NCBI GenBank assembly: GCA_044371405.1
Contig: JBILTS010000002.1
Span: forward strand, 1 to 45,721
Length of the DNA: 45,721 nucleotides
Direction of reading: 5' to 3'
Origin: Bacteroidia bacterium
Lineage (GTDB): Bacteria; Bacteroidota; Bacteroidia; NS11-12g; UBA955
Position 1 is the stretch's first letter. The number at the start of each line of letters is the position of its first letter. Positions 26,623-34,436 of the stretch are shown in pieces. The notes beneath the pieces were generated by a model. It made no database searches and was not told where the DNA came from. It saw only the letters and a list, made by a program, of their open reading frames with translations. Position numbers and translations under genes: made by a program.

Positions 26623-27587
26623 TCTTTGCCGTGTTCTTCACGCCCCTTCATCTGTCCTGATTTTACGGCTTTTTCTATTTCTGCATCTTCCGGATCAGGT
26701 GCGATTTCTTCGCCCAGTGCGTCAAGATTTGGCTGTCCGGCATTTACCCAGGCCGTATACCAAAAAGAGGCAACGGAAAAGATGGCCTGACGCATTCTAC
26801 GCTCTACCATATTTTCCATCATTCTGTGATAATCGTTGCAAAATGGAACGGAGTATACTTCCATGGTTTGGGTACCTCTGGCTTCAAAACTGAACTTATT
26901 TTCCGGATGCATGGCCGTGGCAACCCGCTCCAGTTTTAACACCGAATCTACCAGCATGAAACTTCTGCCCATGGTACCCCAGATAAAATCTGAAGGTTTG
27001 TAGAGATAAACGGCAGAACCTGTAAGTAAATCAAAAGAGTCAACAAACAATTGCGGGATGCGGCTTTCCCACAAGGCATGTATTCCTTCCTGCCCGGTTA
27101 GCTGACCATTGTAGTTTCGGCTGCTGTGCAGTGGAACATGGGCATCGGCAATATAGTGGCCAATATCGGCACTCAGCTTCAAAATCTTCTGAAGGTTTTT
27201 TTCCTCGAATGCCTTGGTAAGACGGCTAAGCATTGCCAGACAATGCCACGGAACAATACCATGACTAAGGAGGGTGTCTTCGGTGTATTTTTCGATGGCC
27301 TCATGCCACCGATGTGGAATGGTATCCAGCGGAGCCGCCTTTTCGTATCTATCGCAATCCATGTAATGCCGGCAGGCCTCTTCAGCCATCATATACCTGC
27401 GGCTATCAGGGTCAACACTATGCTGCGTGACATATTCAATGTGCTTTTTGTAAAAACCAAACATTTGAGGGGGCAATGCAAATACCGCCCGGTTATTGAT
27501 GAGTCTGTGACCCAGGAAACCCCAAGCATTGGCCTTGGTGGCAAAAAACAAAACCGCAAGAAAAAAGAGTATTTTGAATGGCCGCAT
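26619..27587 (-). CDS. Secreted zinc-dependent phospholipase C / S1-P1 nuclease-superfamily protein
   Basis: Signal peptide followed directly by WGFLGHRLIN (the mature N-terminal Trp/His metal ligand pattern of this superfamily) and further His/Asp clusters (HYIADAHVPLH). Confidence 0.6.
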   Translation of the reverse strand: MRPFKILFFLAVLFFATKANAWGFLGHRLINNRAVFALPPQMFGFYKKHIEYVTQHSVDPDSRRYMMAEEACRHYMDCDRYEKAAPLDTIPHRWHEAIEKYTEDTLLSHGIVPWHCLAMLSRLTKAFEEKNLQKILKLSADIGHYIADAHVPLHSSRNYNGQLTGQEGIHALWESRIPQLFVDSFDLLTGSAVYLYKPSDFIWGTMGRSFMLVDSVLKLERVATAMHPENKFSFEARGTQTMEVYSVPFCNDYHRMMENMVERRMRQAIFSVASFWYTAWVNAGQPNLDALGEEIAPDPEDAEIEKAVKSGQMKGREEHGKD

Positions 27588-27593
27588 TCAAAT

Positions 27594-27601
27594 CAAATAT
27601 A
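27594..27601 (-). promoter_or_regulatory. Bacteroidota -7 promoter box (TATATTTG) for the phospholipase C-like gene
   Basis: Exact TAnnTTTG, 6 nt upstream of the ATG at 27587, within the 32-nt spacer after parC. Confidence 0.4.
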
Positions 27602-27619
27602 CGAAAAATTACTGATATT

Positions 27620-30244
27620 TCAAAGTAAATTCAACTGCGGCTCATCACCGGGATTGGGTGGATTGGTGTCATTATCTTCCGTTTCCACAGTTGAAACTGC
27701 ACTGACAGGCGGCTCTCCAATTCTGGCACTTTCCAGCACCACTTTTTTTACCTTATCGGCGGTCAGCTTCTGTCCCTGGGTTTTCCAACCCCGCACATCC
27801 ATGAAAGTATCCATTTGTAAGCTAAGTTCTTCCTTCTCCCCTTTTTTATTTTCAGCAGTCACTTTTACCACGGCCTGCTCTACGGTACTGGCACATAGCA
27901 TCTGAGAGCCCTTTTCTTCTGAAATAAAGGGAAACTTTTTACTTAGCGTGGTGGTTTCAATGAGGAATCGTTTTACAAAATAGTTTTTTGTTTTGCCGTC
28001 AACATAAACTGTGCTGATTACTTGTGCCGGATAGAATTTCTGAATCAGGTAAACCTGCTCCGGTTCGTATCGATTAATCAGTTCGTAATTGGTGAGTTCA
28101 TAGTTGCCGTCTTTATAAATCACCAACACACGATCCTCACCGTCGAATTCGCCCAGAAACTGTCCTCGGGCTTCACCGCTAAGTCTACCGGTCATTTCAT
28201 CGAACCAAATTTTCACACCACCGAGGGTACTTACCCCTTTCTCTTTCAAATCTACACGGCGAATAGGATATCGGGTGAGCAGGTTGCCCTGAGCGGTTTT
28301 ACCCTTGATGGACAGCTGGGCAAAATCATAATCAAATTGCTTGATCCGGGCATTGGCCATGCTACTGAGGTGTACTACCACCCTTTCGGCCTCCCCGTTG
28401 GGATTGGCGGTAAAATACAATACTTCATTTCCGGCTCCGCCGCCGGTGGCATCATACTCTTTGTCTCTGATGAGTCCTGTAGCATTGAAACGCTTCACCA
28501 TCGCTCTTTTAGCCGCACCGTCCCAGTAAACTACGTTGTAAGTGGTGCGCTCGTCGTTTTTGCGCCACACATCCACATGAATAAGGTCTTTTCCATAAAA
28601 GGTCTTGTCGCTGACCTTGGAAATCATATACTTACCGTTTTTGCGAAAAGCGATAATATCATCTATATCGCTGCAGTCAGTGATAAATTCGTCTTTCTTG
28701 AGCGATGTACCCACAAATCCCTCTTTCAGATTGGCATACAATTTCACATTGGCCGCTGCTACCACGTTGGCTTCAATGGTATCGAAAGTGCGGATTTCTG
28801 TTTTGCGCTCCTTGCCTTTTCCGTACTTCTTGATGAGATTTTTGTAGTACTCAATCGCATAATCCACCAAGGTGTCAAGGTGGTGTTTCACCATGGCTAT
28901 ATCGTCTTCCAGTGAACGGATTAATTCATCGGCCTTAAAACTGTCAAATTTGGATATCCGCTTGATTTTAATCTCGGTCAGACGAACGATATCATCCTCG
29001 GTAATTTCTCGCTTGAACCGGGGTTTGAATGGCTCAAGCCCTTCGTCTATGGCGGTAATTACGGCCTCCCATGTCTCGGCTTCTTCAATATCGCGGTAAA
29101 TGCGGTTTTCGATAAAGATTTTTTCAAGGCTGCTGAAATGCCATTTTTCCTCAAGTTCGTGGAGTTGAATTTCCAGCTCTCTGCGAAGCAGATGCAGTGT
29201 GTTTTTTGTGCACTCTTCCAGAATTTCATTAACCGACATGAACCTGGGCTTTTCGTCCATGATGATGCAAGCCAGCGGAGAAATACTCACCTCGCAGTCT
29301 GTGAAAGCATAAAGTGCATTGATAGCAAGATCTGTACTCACGCCCGGTGCCAGCTGAACTTCCACATCTACATTGGCAGCGGTGTTGTCAATTACTTTTT
29401 TAATCTTGATTTTCCCGCTGTCGTTGGCCTTTATGATGCTTTCTATCAATGAACCCGTGGTAGTTCCGAAAGGAATTTCGCGAATGTGAAGTGTGGTTTT
29501 GTCTTCTACCTCAATTTTGGCGCGAACCCTCACACGGCCACCCTTTTTACCGGCATTGTATTGGCTGAAATCTGCTTGTCCTCCCGTGGGAAAATCAGGT
29601 AAAATCTGGGTTTTCTTTCCTTTTAGTATATCGATGCTGGCTTCACACAGTTCAATGAAGTTGTGTGGAAGTATTTTGGTACTAAGCCCTACGGCAATAC
29701 CTTCCACACCCTGAGCAAGCAACAAGGGGAATTTCACCGGCAGTGTTACCGGCTCTCGCTTTCGGCCATCGTAGCTCAACTGCCATTCGGTGGTTTTTTC
29801 ATTAAAAGCAACCTCCTTGGCAAAATGGCTCAGTCGGGCCTCTATGTAACGCGGTGCTGCGGCACTATCTCCGGTGCGCACATCGCCCCAGTTTCCCTGC
29901 GTATCGATGAGTAAATCCTTCTGACCCATATTTACCAGGGCATCTCCGATGGCCGCATCACCGTGAGGATGATACGCCATGGTAGCACCAATGATGTTGG
30001 CCACTTTGTTGTATCGGCCGTCATCCATTTCGTACATGGCATGCAATATTCTGCGCTGCACCGGCTTCAGGCCGTCTTCCATGGCGGGTATTGCCCGCTC
30101 CAGAATCACGTATGAGGCATAGTCCAGAAACCAGTTGCGGTACTGAGCACTAACGGGCAATACGGAGCCCAGCTGACCATCGGTCTGCTCACCGCCGTTC
30201 TCATCTTTGCCATCCAATATTTCGTCAGGGTCTTGCTCAGACAT
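27620..30244 (-). CDS. parC: DNA topoisomerase IV subunit A
   Basis: WFLDYASYVILERAIPAMEDGLKPVQRRILHAM...AYHPHGD...GNWG and the catalytic region AAPRYIEARL. Bacteroidota ParC-type N-terminus rather than GyrA. 874 aa. Confidence 0.85.
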   Translation of the reverse strand: MSEQDPDEILDGKDENGGEQTDGQLGSVLPVSAQYRNWFLDYASYVILERAIPAMEDGLKPVQRRILHAMYEMDDGRYNKVANIIGATMAYHPHGDAAIGDALVNMGQKDLLIDTQGNWGDVRTGDSAAAPRYIEARLSHFAKEVAFNEKTTEWQLSYDGRKREPVTLPVKFPLLLAQGVEGIAVGLSTKILPHNFIELCEASIDILKGKKTQILPDFPTGGQADFSQYNAGKKGGRVRVRAKIEVEDKTTLHIREIPFGTTTGSLIESIIKANDSGKIKIKKVIDNTAANVDVEVQLAPGVSTDLAINALYAFTDCEVSISPLACIIMDEKPRFMSVNEILEECTKNTLHLLRRELEIQLHELEEKWHFSSLEKIFIENRIYRDIEEAETWEAVITAIDEGLEPFKPRFKREITEDDIVRLTEIKIKRISKFDSFKADELIRSLEDDIAMVKHHLDTLVDYAIEYYKNLIKKYGKGKERKTEIRTFDTIEANVVAAANVKLYANLKEGFVGTSLKKDEFITDCSDIDDIIAFRKNGKYMISKVSDKTFYGKDLIHVDVWRKNDERTTYNVVYWDGAAKRAMVKRFNATGLIRDKEYDATGGGAGNEVLYFTANPNGEAERVVVHLSSMANARIKQFDYDFAQLSIKGKTAQGNLLTRYPIRRVDLKEKGVSTLGGVKIWFDEMTGRLSGEARGQFLGEFDGEDRVLVIYKDGNYELTNYELINRYEPEQVYLIQKFYPAQVISTVYVDGKTKNYFVKRFLIETTTLSKKFPFISEEKGSQMLCASTVEQAVVKVTAENKKGEKEELSLQMDTFMDVRGWKTQGQKLTADKVKKVVLESARIGEPPVSAVSTVETEDNDTNPPNPGDEPQLNLL

Positions 30245-30264
30245 GCAAGTGCGAAAAAACAGAA

Positions 30265-30300
30265 TAACTGCTCACACTTCCATCCGAGTTGTTCACACTG
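30265..30300. repeat. Imperfect direct repeat (core TGYTCACACT) with 21-nt spacing in the parC / sigma-54 activator divergent spacer
   Basis: TAACTGCTCACACTT (30265-30279) versus GAGTTGTTCACACTG (30286-30300). 10 of 15 identical, core 9 of 10. Confidence 0.35.
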
Positions 30301-30380
30301 CAACCACACCTAACCAAGCAGTCGGATGATTTACGCCATTTTTTAGACCAAAAAACACTGACATTTTGTCATATTGGCCT

Positions 30381-30388
30381 TATATTTG
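30381..30388 (+). promoter_or_regulatory. Bacteroidota -7 promoter box (TATATTTG) for the sigma-54 activator operon
   Basis: Exact TAnnTTTG, 22 nt upstream of the ATG at 30411. Confidence 0.5.
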
Positions 30389-30410
30389 CAATCCGGTATT
30401 CAGGTAATTC

Positions 30411-31688
30411 ATGGAATTAATACAGGTAAAACAAAGATTCGGAATTGTGGGCAACAGCAGCATGCTGAACAATGCGCTGGAAACCGCCATTAGGGTGGCG
30501 CCTACCGACATGAACGTGCTGATACTGGGCGACAGCGGTGTGGGAAAAGAGAGTTTTTCAAAGATCATTCACCAGCTTAGCGGCCGCAAACATGCCTCAT
30601 TTATTGCCGTAAACTGCGGAGCCATTCCGGAGGGAACGATAGACAGTGAACTATTTGGTCACGAAAAAGGAGCTTTTACAGGCGCTACCGATAAACGCAA
30701 GGGTTATTTTGAGACTGTAAACGGAGGCACCATATTTCTCGACGAGGTGGGAGAATTGCCCTTGGGCACCCAGGCCCGATTACTTAGAATTCTCGAAAAT
30801 GGAGAATTTATCAAGGTGGGCTCCAGTGTGGTGCAGAAAACCGACGTGAGGGTGGTTTGCGCCACAAACCGTGATTTGCTGGAAAGATCAAGACAGGGTA
30901 AATTCAGAGAAGATTTATACTATCGACTTGCCACAGTACCCATCAGGGTGCCCAAACTGGCAGAACGCCGTGAAGATATTCCGCTGCTATTCCGCAAATT
31001 TGCCAGTGAATTTGCCGAAACACACCGCAGCGGGCACGTAGAACTCACAACAGAAGCACAACAGTTGATTTCTCAATATGCCTGGCCAGGCAATATCAGG
31101 CAGCTTAAAAATGTAACCGAACAAATTTGCGTATTGGAAGATCCGGGAACCCTTTCGGCGGAAACCATTGCAAAATACCTTCCGCCGGCAGAGCCCAGCC
31201 TGCCCGTGCTGCTGGGAAAATCGGAAGGTTATGGTGAAGGTCTCAGTGAAAGAGATATTTTTTACAAAGTATTAATTGACCTTAAGCGCGATGTTACCGA
31301 CCTAAAAAAATTGGTTTTTGGCATGCTGGAAAATCCTTCAGTCACCCCACCTGTTTCGGTACCTGTTGCATCAACTTCTCAAAACACGACACACCTGCAA
31401 CTTCCTACAGGGATTGAAACTCAGCCAACAAAACCACTTCACCCTGTTGCAGACAGCAACATCATCATTCAATCCAATGACGAAAATCCCATTGAAATTG
31501 AACATGAATATGTGGAAGCTGTTACCTTTCCGAATACAGATGACAACCTGAGTTTGGAAGAGAAAGAACTTGAAATGATTCGCAGGGCACTCAACAAGAG
31601 CAAAGGGCGCAGGAAAAAAGCTGCAGAAGCCCTGGGGATTTCAGAGAGAACATTGTACCGCAAAATCAAACAATATGAACTGGAGTAA
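30411..31688 (+). CDS. Sigma-54-dependent transcriptional activator (AAA+ plus Fis-type HTH) lacking an N-terminal sensory/receiver domain
   Basis: Walker A GDSGVGKE within the first 50 aa, intact GAFTGA loop, Walker B IFLDEVGE, C-terminal HTH (AAEALGISERTLYRKIKQY). A low-complexity linker of roughly 100 aa separates the AAA+ and HTH domains. Confidence 0.88.
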   Translation: MELIQVKQRFGIVGNSSMLNNALETAIRVAPTDMNVLILGDSGVGKESFSKIIHQLSGRKHASFIAVNCGAIPEGTIDSELFGHEKGAFTGATDKRKGYFETVNGGTIFLDEVGELPLGTQARLLRILENGEFIKVGSSVVQKTDVRVVCATNRDLLERSRQGKFREDLYYRLATVPIRVPKLAERREDIPLLFRKFASEFAETHRSGHVELTTEAQQLISQYAWPGNIRQLKNVTEQICVLEDPGTLSAETIAKYLPPAEPSLPVLLGKSEGYGEGLSERDIFYKVLIDLKRDVTDLKKLVFGMLENPSVTPPVSVPVASTSQNTTHLQLPTGIETQPTKPLHPVADSNIIIQSNDENPIEIEHEYVEAVTFPNTDDNLSLEEKELEMIRRALNKSKGRRKKAAEALGISERTLYRKIKQYELE

Positions 31689-32178
31689 GTGGGCAGTTTT
31701 TGCAATTCTTTTTTCGGGCTGTGGTTTTTTTAGGGCCTATGACCCACGCGGCACTTTCATTCCGGAAGATGTGCAAACCTTTTCCGTGGACTTTTTCAAC
31801 AATGAAGCCGCTATTGTGAACCCTCAGCTTAGTCTGCAGTTTACAGAGAAATTAAAAACCAAATTCCAGTCTGAAACCCGCCTCAGACTGATTAACGGGG
31901 ACGGAGATTATAAACTTGGCGGAGTGATAAAGGATTACCGGATTGAACCTGCTACCCGAAACTCAAATACAGGTACCGCTGAAAACCAGTTGACCATTAC
32001 GGTAAGACTGGATTTTGTATGCGACAAGCATCCGGAGAAGAACCAAACAAAAGAATTTTCATTCTTTCGCACCTATGATGCGGCTAAAAACTTAAGTGCA
32101 GTGGAAGAAACACTCTCATCTGAAATATCGGACAATATTGTTCAGCAGATATTTGCAGCCATTGCATTAGACTGGTAG
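31675..32178 (+). CDS. LptE-like LPS-assembly lipoprotein
   Basis: Lipobox (ILFSGC), ~165 aa. This position downstream of the sigma-54 activator is, from my memory of other Bacteroidota genomes, conserved. The assignment rests on size, context and weak motif memory. Confidence 0.5.
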   Translation: MNWSKWAVFAILFSGCGFFRAYDPRGTFIPEDVQTFSVDFFNNEAAIVNPQLSLQFTEKLKTKFQSETRLRLINGDGDYKLGGVIKDYRIEPATRNSNTGTAENQLTITVRLDFVCDKHPEKNQTKEFSFFRTYDAAKNLSAVEETLSSEISDNIVQQIFAAIALDW

Positions 32179-32181
32179 AAT

Positions 32182-33378
32182 GTGAACAGCAACCATCTAT
32201 CTCATATCGTTCAGCAACCGGACTTAATCACAGGCCAGCAGGCGCTGGAACTGGAAGAACTTTGCCGCAAATTTCCCGCATTCTCCACCCCTTTTGTATT
32301 GCTTGCCAAATACTACCATCAAACAGGCGATTACAGGGCTGCAGAGGCCATACAAAAAGCAGCACTGAGGGTGCATGACCGCAGCTGGCTTGCTGACTTT
32401 GTCACTACGCCAAAAGAAACACAATTCCCCATCCCCGAAATCACATCAGATGCAGCATTGGACGATTCTTCAAATACCACAAGTTTGGATATTGAAAACG
32501 TTTATGATACAGAACAAGAGAACTTAGCCGAACCACCAACATTTGAGGCAGAATCATCAGAAACACATGACGAGGCGCAAGATGCTCTGACTACACAGGT
32601 TACTCCAGATTACTCGGAAGAAAATAATTCGGAAGCCATAGCATTGGAGGCAGATAAGCCAAAAGAGGAAATACAGGAACCGCTCACTGTATCCGAACTG
32701 TTTGTCCCCCAGGACCCGGATGAATGGGTTTTTGATGAGATAGAAACCCTAGAAGCAGGTAATGAAGCAACATGGCTGGGCTTCAGCACTTCTAAAAAAC
32801 AAGAATTTGACAACCCTGCAACGCTGGTTTCAGAAGATCAGTCTTTCGGTGCAGGCGGAATAATACAACCTGATATTGAAGAAGATGCAAGCGCATTGCA
32901 CAGTCCCGAAACTGATATGCTTCAGATAACAGAATCCATCATTATCTCGGCCACACCCTATCAGATTGAACAATTCTTTCCCAGTATTCAAAATGCTCCA
33001 ACAGGCGAACCTACAGACTTTTACAGCTGGCTCAGCAACCCTGTTGTCAAGGAAGAAGAAAAAACACAGGAAAAGACTCAAAAAGAAAATTCAGAAAATC
33101 ACAGAATACAGCAGCAGTCTATCATTGACAGGTTTATAGAGACTAATCCCGGGGTAATCAGACCCAAAAAAGAATTCTTCACACCGGAAACTGCGGCCAA
33201 GAAGAGTGAGCATCTGCCTGAAAATCTAGCCACCGAAACCCTGGCTAAAGTTTACCTGCAACAAGGCAATTTTCAGGGGGCAATTCGCATTTACGAACGA
33301 TTAATGTTGAAATTTCCCGAAAAAAATGCGTACTTTGCAAACCTTATTCAACAAATACAAAAAGACAACAACCCATGA
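32182..33378 (+). CDS. Hypothetical protein: helical (TPR-like) ends flanking a long acidic low-complexity centre
   Basis: GTG start. Central ~250 aa rich in D/E/S/T/P. C-terminus ETLAKVYLQQGNFQGAIRIYERLMLKFPEKNAYF looks like one TPR unit. Confidence 0.6.
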   Translation: MNSNHLSHIVQQPDLITGQQALELEELCRKFPAFSTPFVLLAKYYHQTGDYRAAEAIQKAALRVHDRSWLADFVTTPKETQFPIPEITSDAALDDSSNTTSLDIENVYDTEQENLAEPPTFEAESSETHDEAQDALTTQVTPDYSEENNSEAIALEADKPKEEIQEPLTVSELFVPQDPDEWVFDEIETLEAGNEATWLGFSTSKKQEFDNPATLVSEDQSFGAGGIIQPDIEEDASALHSPETDMLQITESIIISATPYQIEQFFPSIQNAPTGEPTDFYSWLSNPVVKEEEKTQEKTQKENSENHRIQQQSIIDRFIETNPGVIRPKKEFFTPETAAKKSEHLPENLATETLAKVYLQQGNFQGAIRIYERLMLKFPEKNAYFANLIQQIQKDNNP

Positions 33379-33689
33379 CCATCATCCTTATCCTCGGAAT
33401 CATCGTCGCCATAATGTTAATGTTAGTTATTCTGGTTCAGAATCCTAAGGGGGGTGGACTGGCATCCAATTTCAGCCAGGGCAATCAGATTTTCGGTGTT
33501 GAAAAGACTACCGATGTCGTTGAAAAAATCACCTGGGGAGGTGCTGCTCTTATATTGATTATCTCCCTTGCGGCCGCCAGTTTCAACGTTAGAAAGAAAG
33601 ACGGATCCAACGCCGGCAAGCAGAAGGCCGCCACCGAGCAAACCGAAACTGAGGAGTTGCCGGATATCAAAGCACCCAAAGGCAAGTAA
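33375..33689 (+). CDS. secG: Preprotein translocase subunit SecG
   Basis: IILILGIIVAIMLMLVILVQNPKGGGLASNF signature, a second TM helix, 104 aa. ATGA overlap with the upstream gene. Confidence 0.9.
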   Translation: MTIILILGIIVAIMLMLVILVQNPKGGGLASNFSQGNQIFGVEKTTDVVEKITWGGAALILIISLAAASFNVRKKDGSNAGKQKAATEQTETEELPDIKAPKGK

Positions 33690-33755
33690 GATTTTAATCG
33701 GGCATAAAATCCGGTAACAAAATCTGATTCTACTCCGCCAATACTTTTTTGTTTC

Positions 33756-34436
33756 GTGATAATCAAGGTTCATTTATCAGGATTATCTACGCTCTTGTTT
33801 TTGATTTCATACCCATTTTGTGCCCATGCTCAAACAGAGCCATTATCGGGAGGTGTCGGGGCAGGTCTGGGTGGCATTTTTCAACTTTCTGAAAAGACCG
33901 GAAATGCAGCTAATGCCCATTTGCGGATTGATGGCAGAATCCCCCTACTGGCCGGCTACATCAGCATCAATCCAAATTTTGGCTGGGAATACGCAATTAC
34001 CAGGGTGGAAAGCAATAACGCAGGTAAAACACTTCAAAATGCACGTGCTCAATATCTGCGCTGGGGTTCAAATATTCAGTTTAGATTATATACCTCTAAA
34101 AAACAAACAGGCATTGAAATGGGCGGCGGTGTCCTTTTGCGCAACAAAATATATGAAAGCAGCGACTGGCAATTGACAGGCGGTCAACCCATTACGCACT
34201 TCCCAAAATCCCAGATGCTGATTCCATTACAATTGAGTCGGTTTGCAGAAAACGATAAAAGAAGAATAAACATATTTGCTGAGGTGCAATTGCAAAGTAC
34301 AAAAAGTAATTATAGTGTAAGTGGAGTTTCTGCCGGAATACAATGGCAATGGTACGCTGTACAGCGAAAAAAGTACTTTAAAGGCACCCATCGCACATTG
34401 CAATGGGACGATGTATGGCCTGCACAGCCATTCTAA
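33756..34436 (+). CDS. Hypothetical outer-membrane beta-barrel-like protein
   Basis: Signal peptide ending CAHAQ. Alternating hydrophobic pattern, G/Y/W-rich strands, C-terminal aromatic residue (F). GTG start. Confidence 0.45.
   Translation: MIIKVHLSGLSTLLFLISYPFCAHAQTEPLSGGVGAGLGGIFQLSEKTGNAANAHLRIDGRIPLLAGYISINPNFGWEYAITRVESNNAGKTLQNARAQYLRWGSNIQFRLYTSKKQTGIEMGGGVLLRNKIYESSDWQLTGGQPITHFPKSQMLIPLQLSRFAENDKRRINIFAEVQLQSTKSNYSVSGVSAGIQWQWYAVQRKKYFKGTHRTLQWDDVWPAQPF

Noticed and set aside
27126-27905. 259-aa plus-strand ORF spanning the phospholipase C-like gene, the spacer and the 3' end of parC
   Set aside because: It is antisense-aligned to the phospholipase C-like gene for most of its length and runs through a promoter box and another gene's stop. 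It has no coding-like features.
28022-28915. 297-aa plus-strand ORF antisense to parC
   Set aside because: It is codon-aligned with the parC frame, so antisense stops can only arise from sense TTA, CTA or TCA codons, which this gene rarely uses. It has no promoter box or start context and a low-complexity translation. It is a by-product of codon usage.
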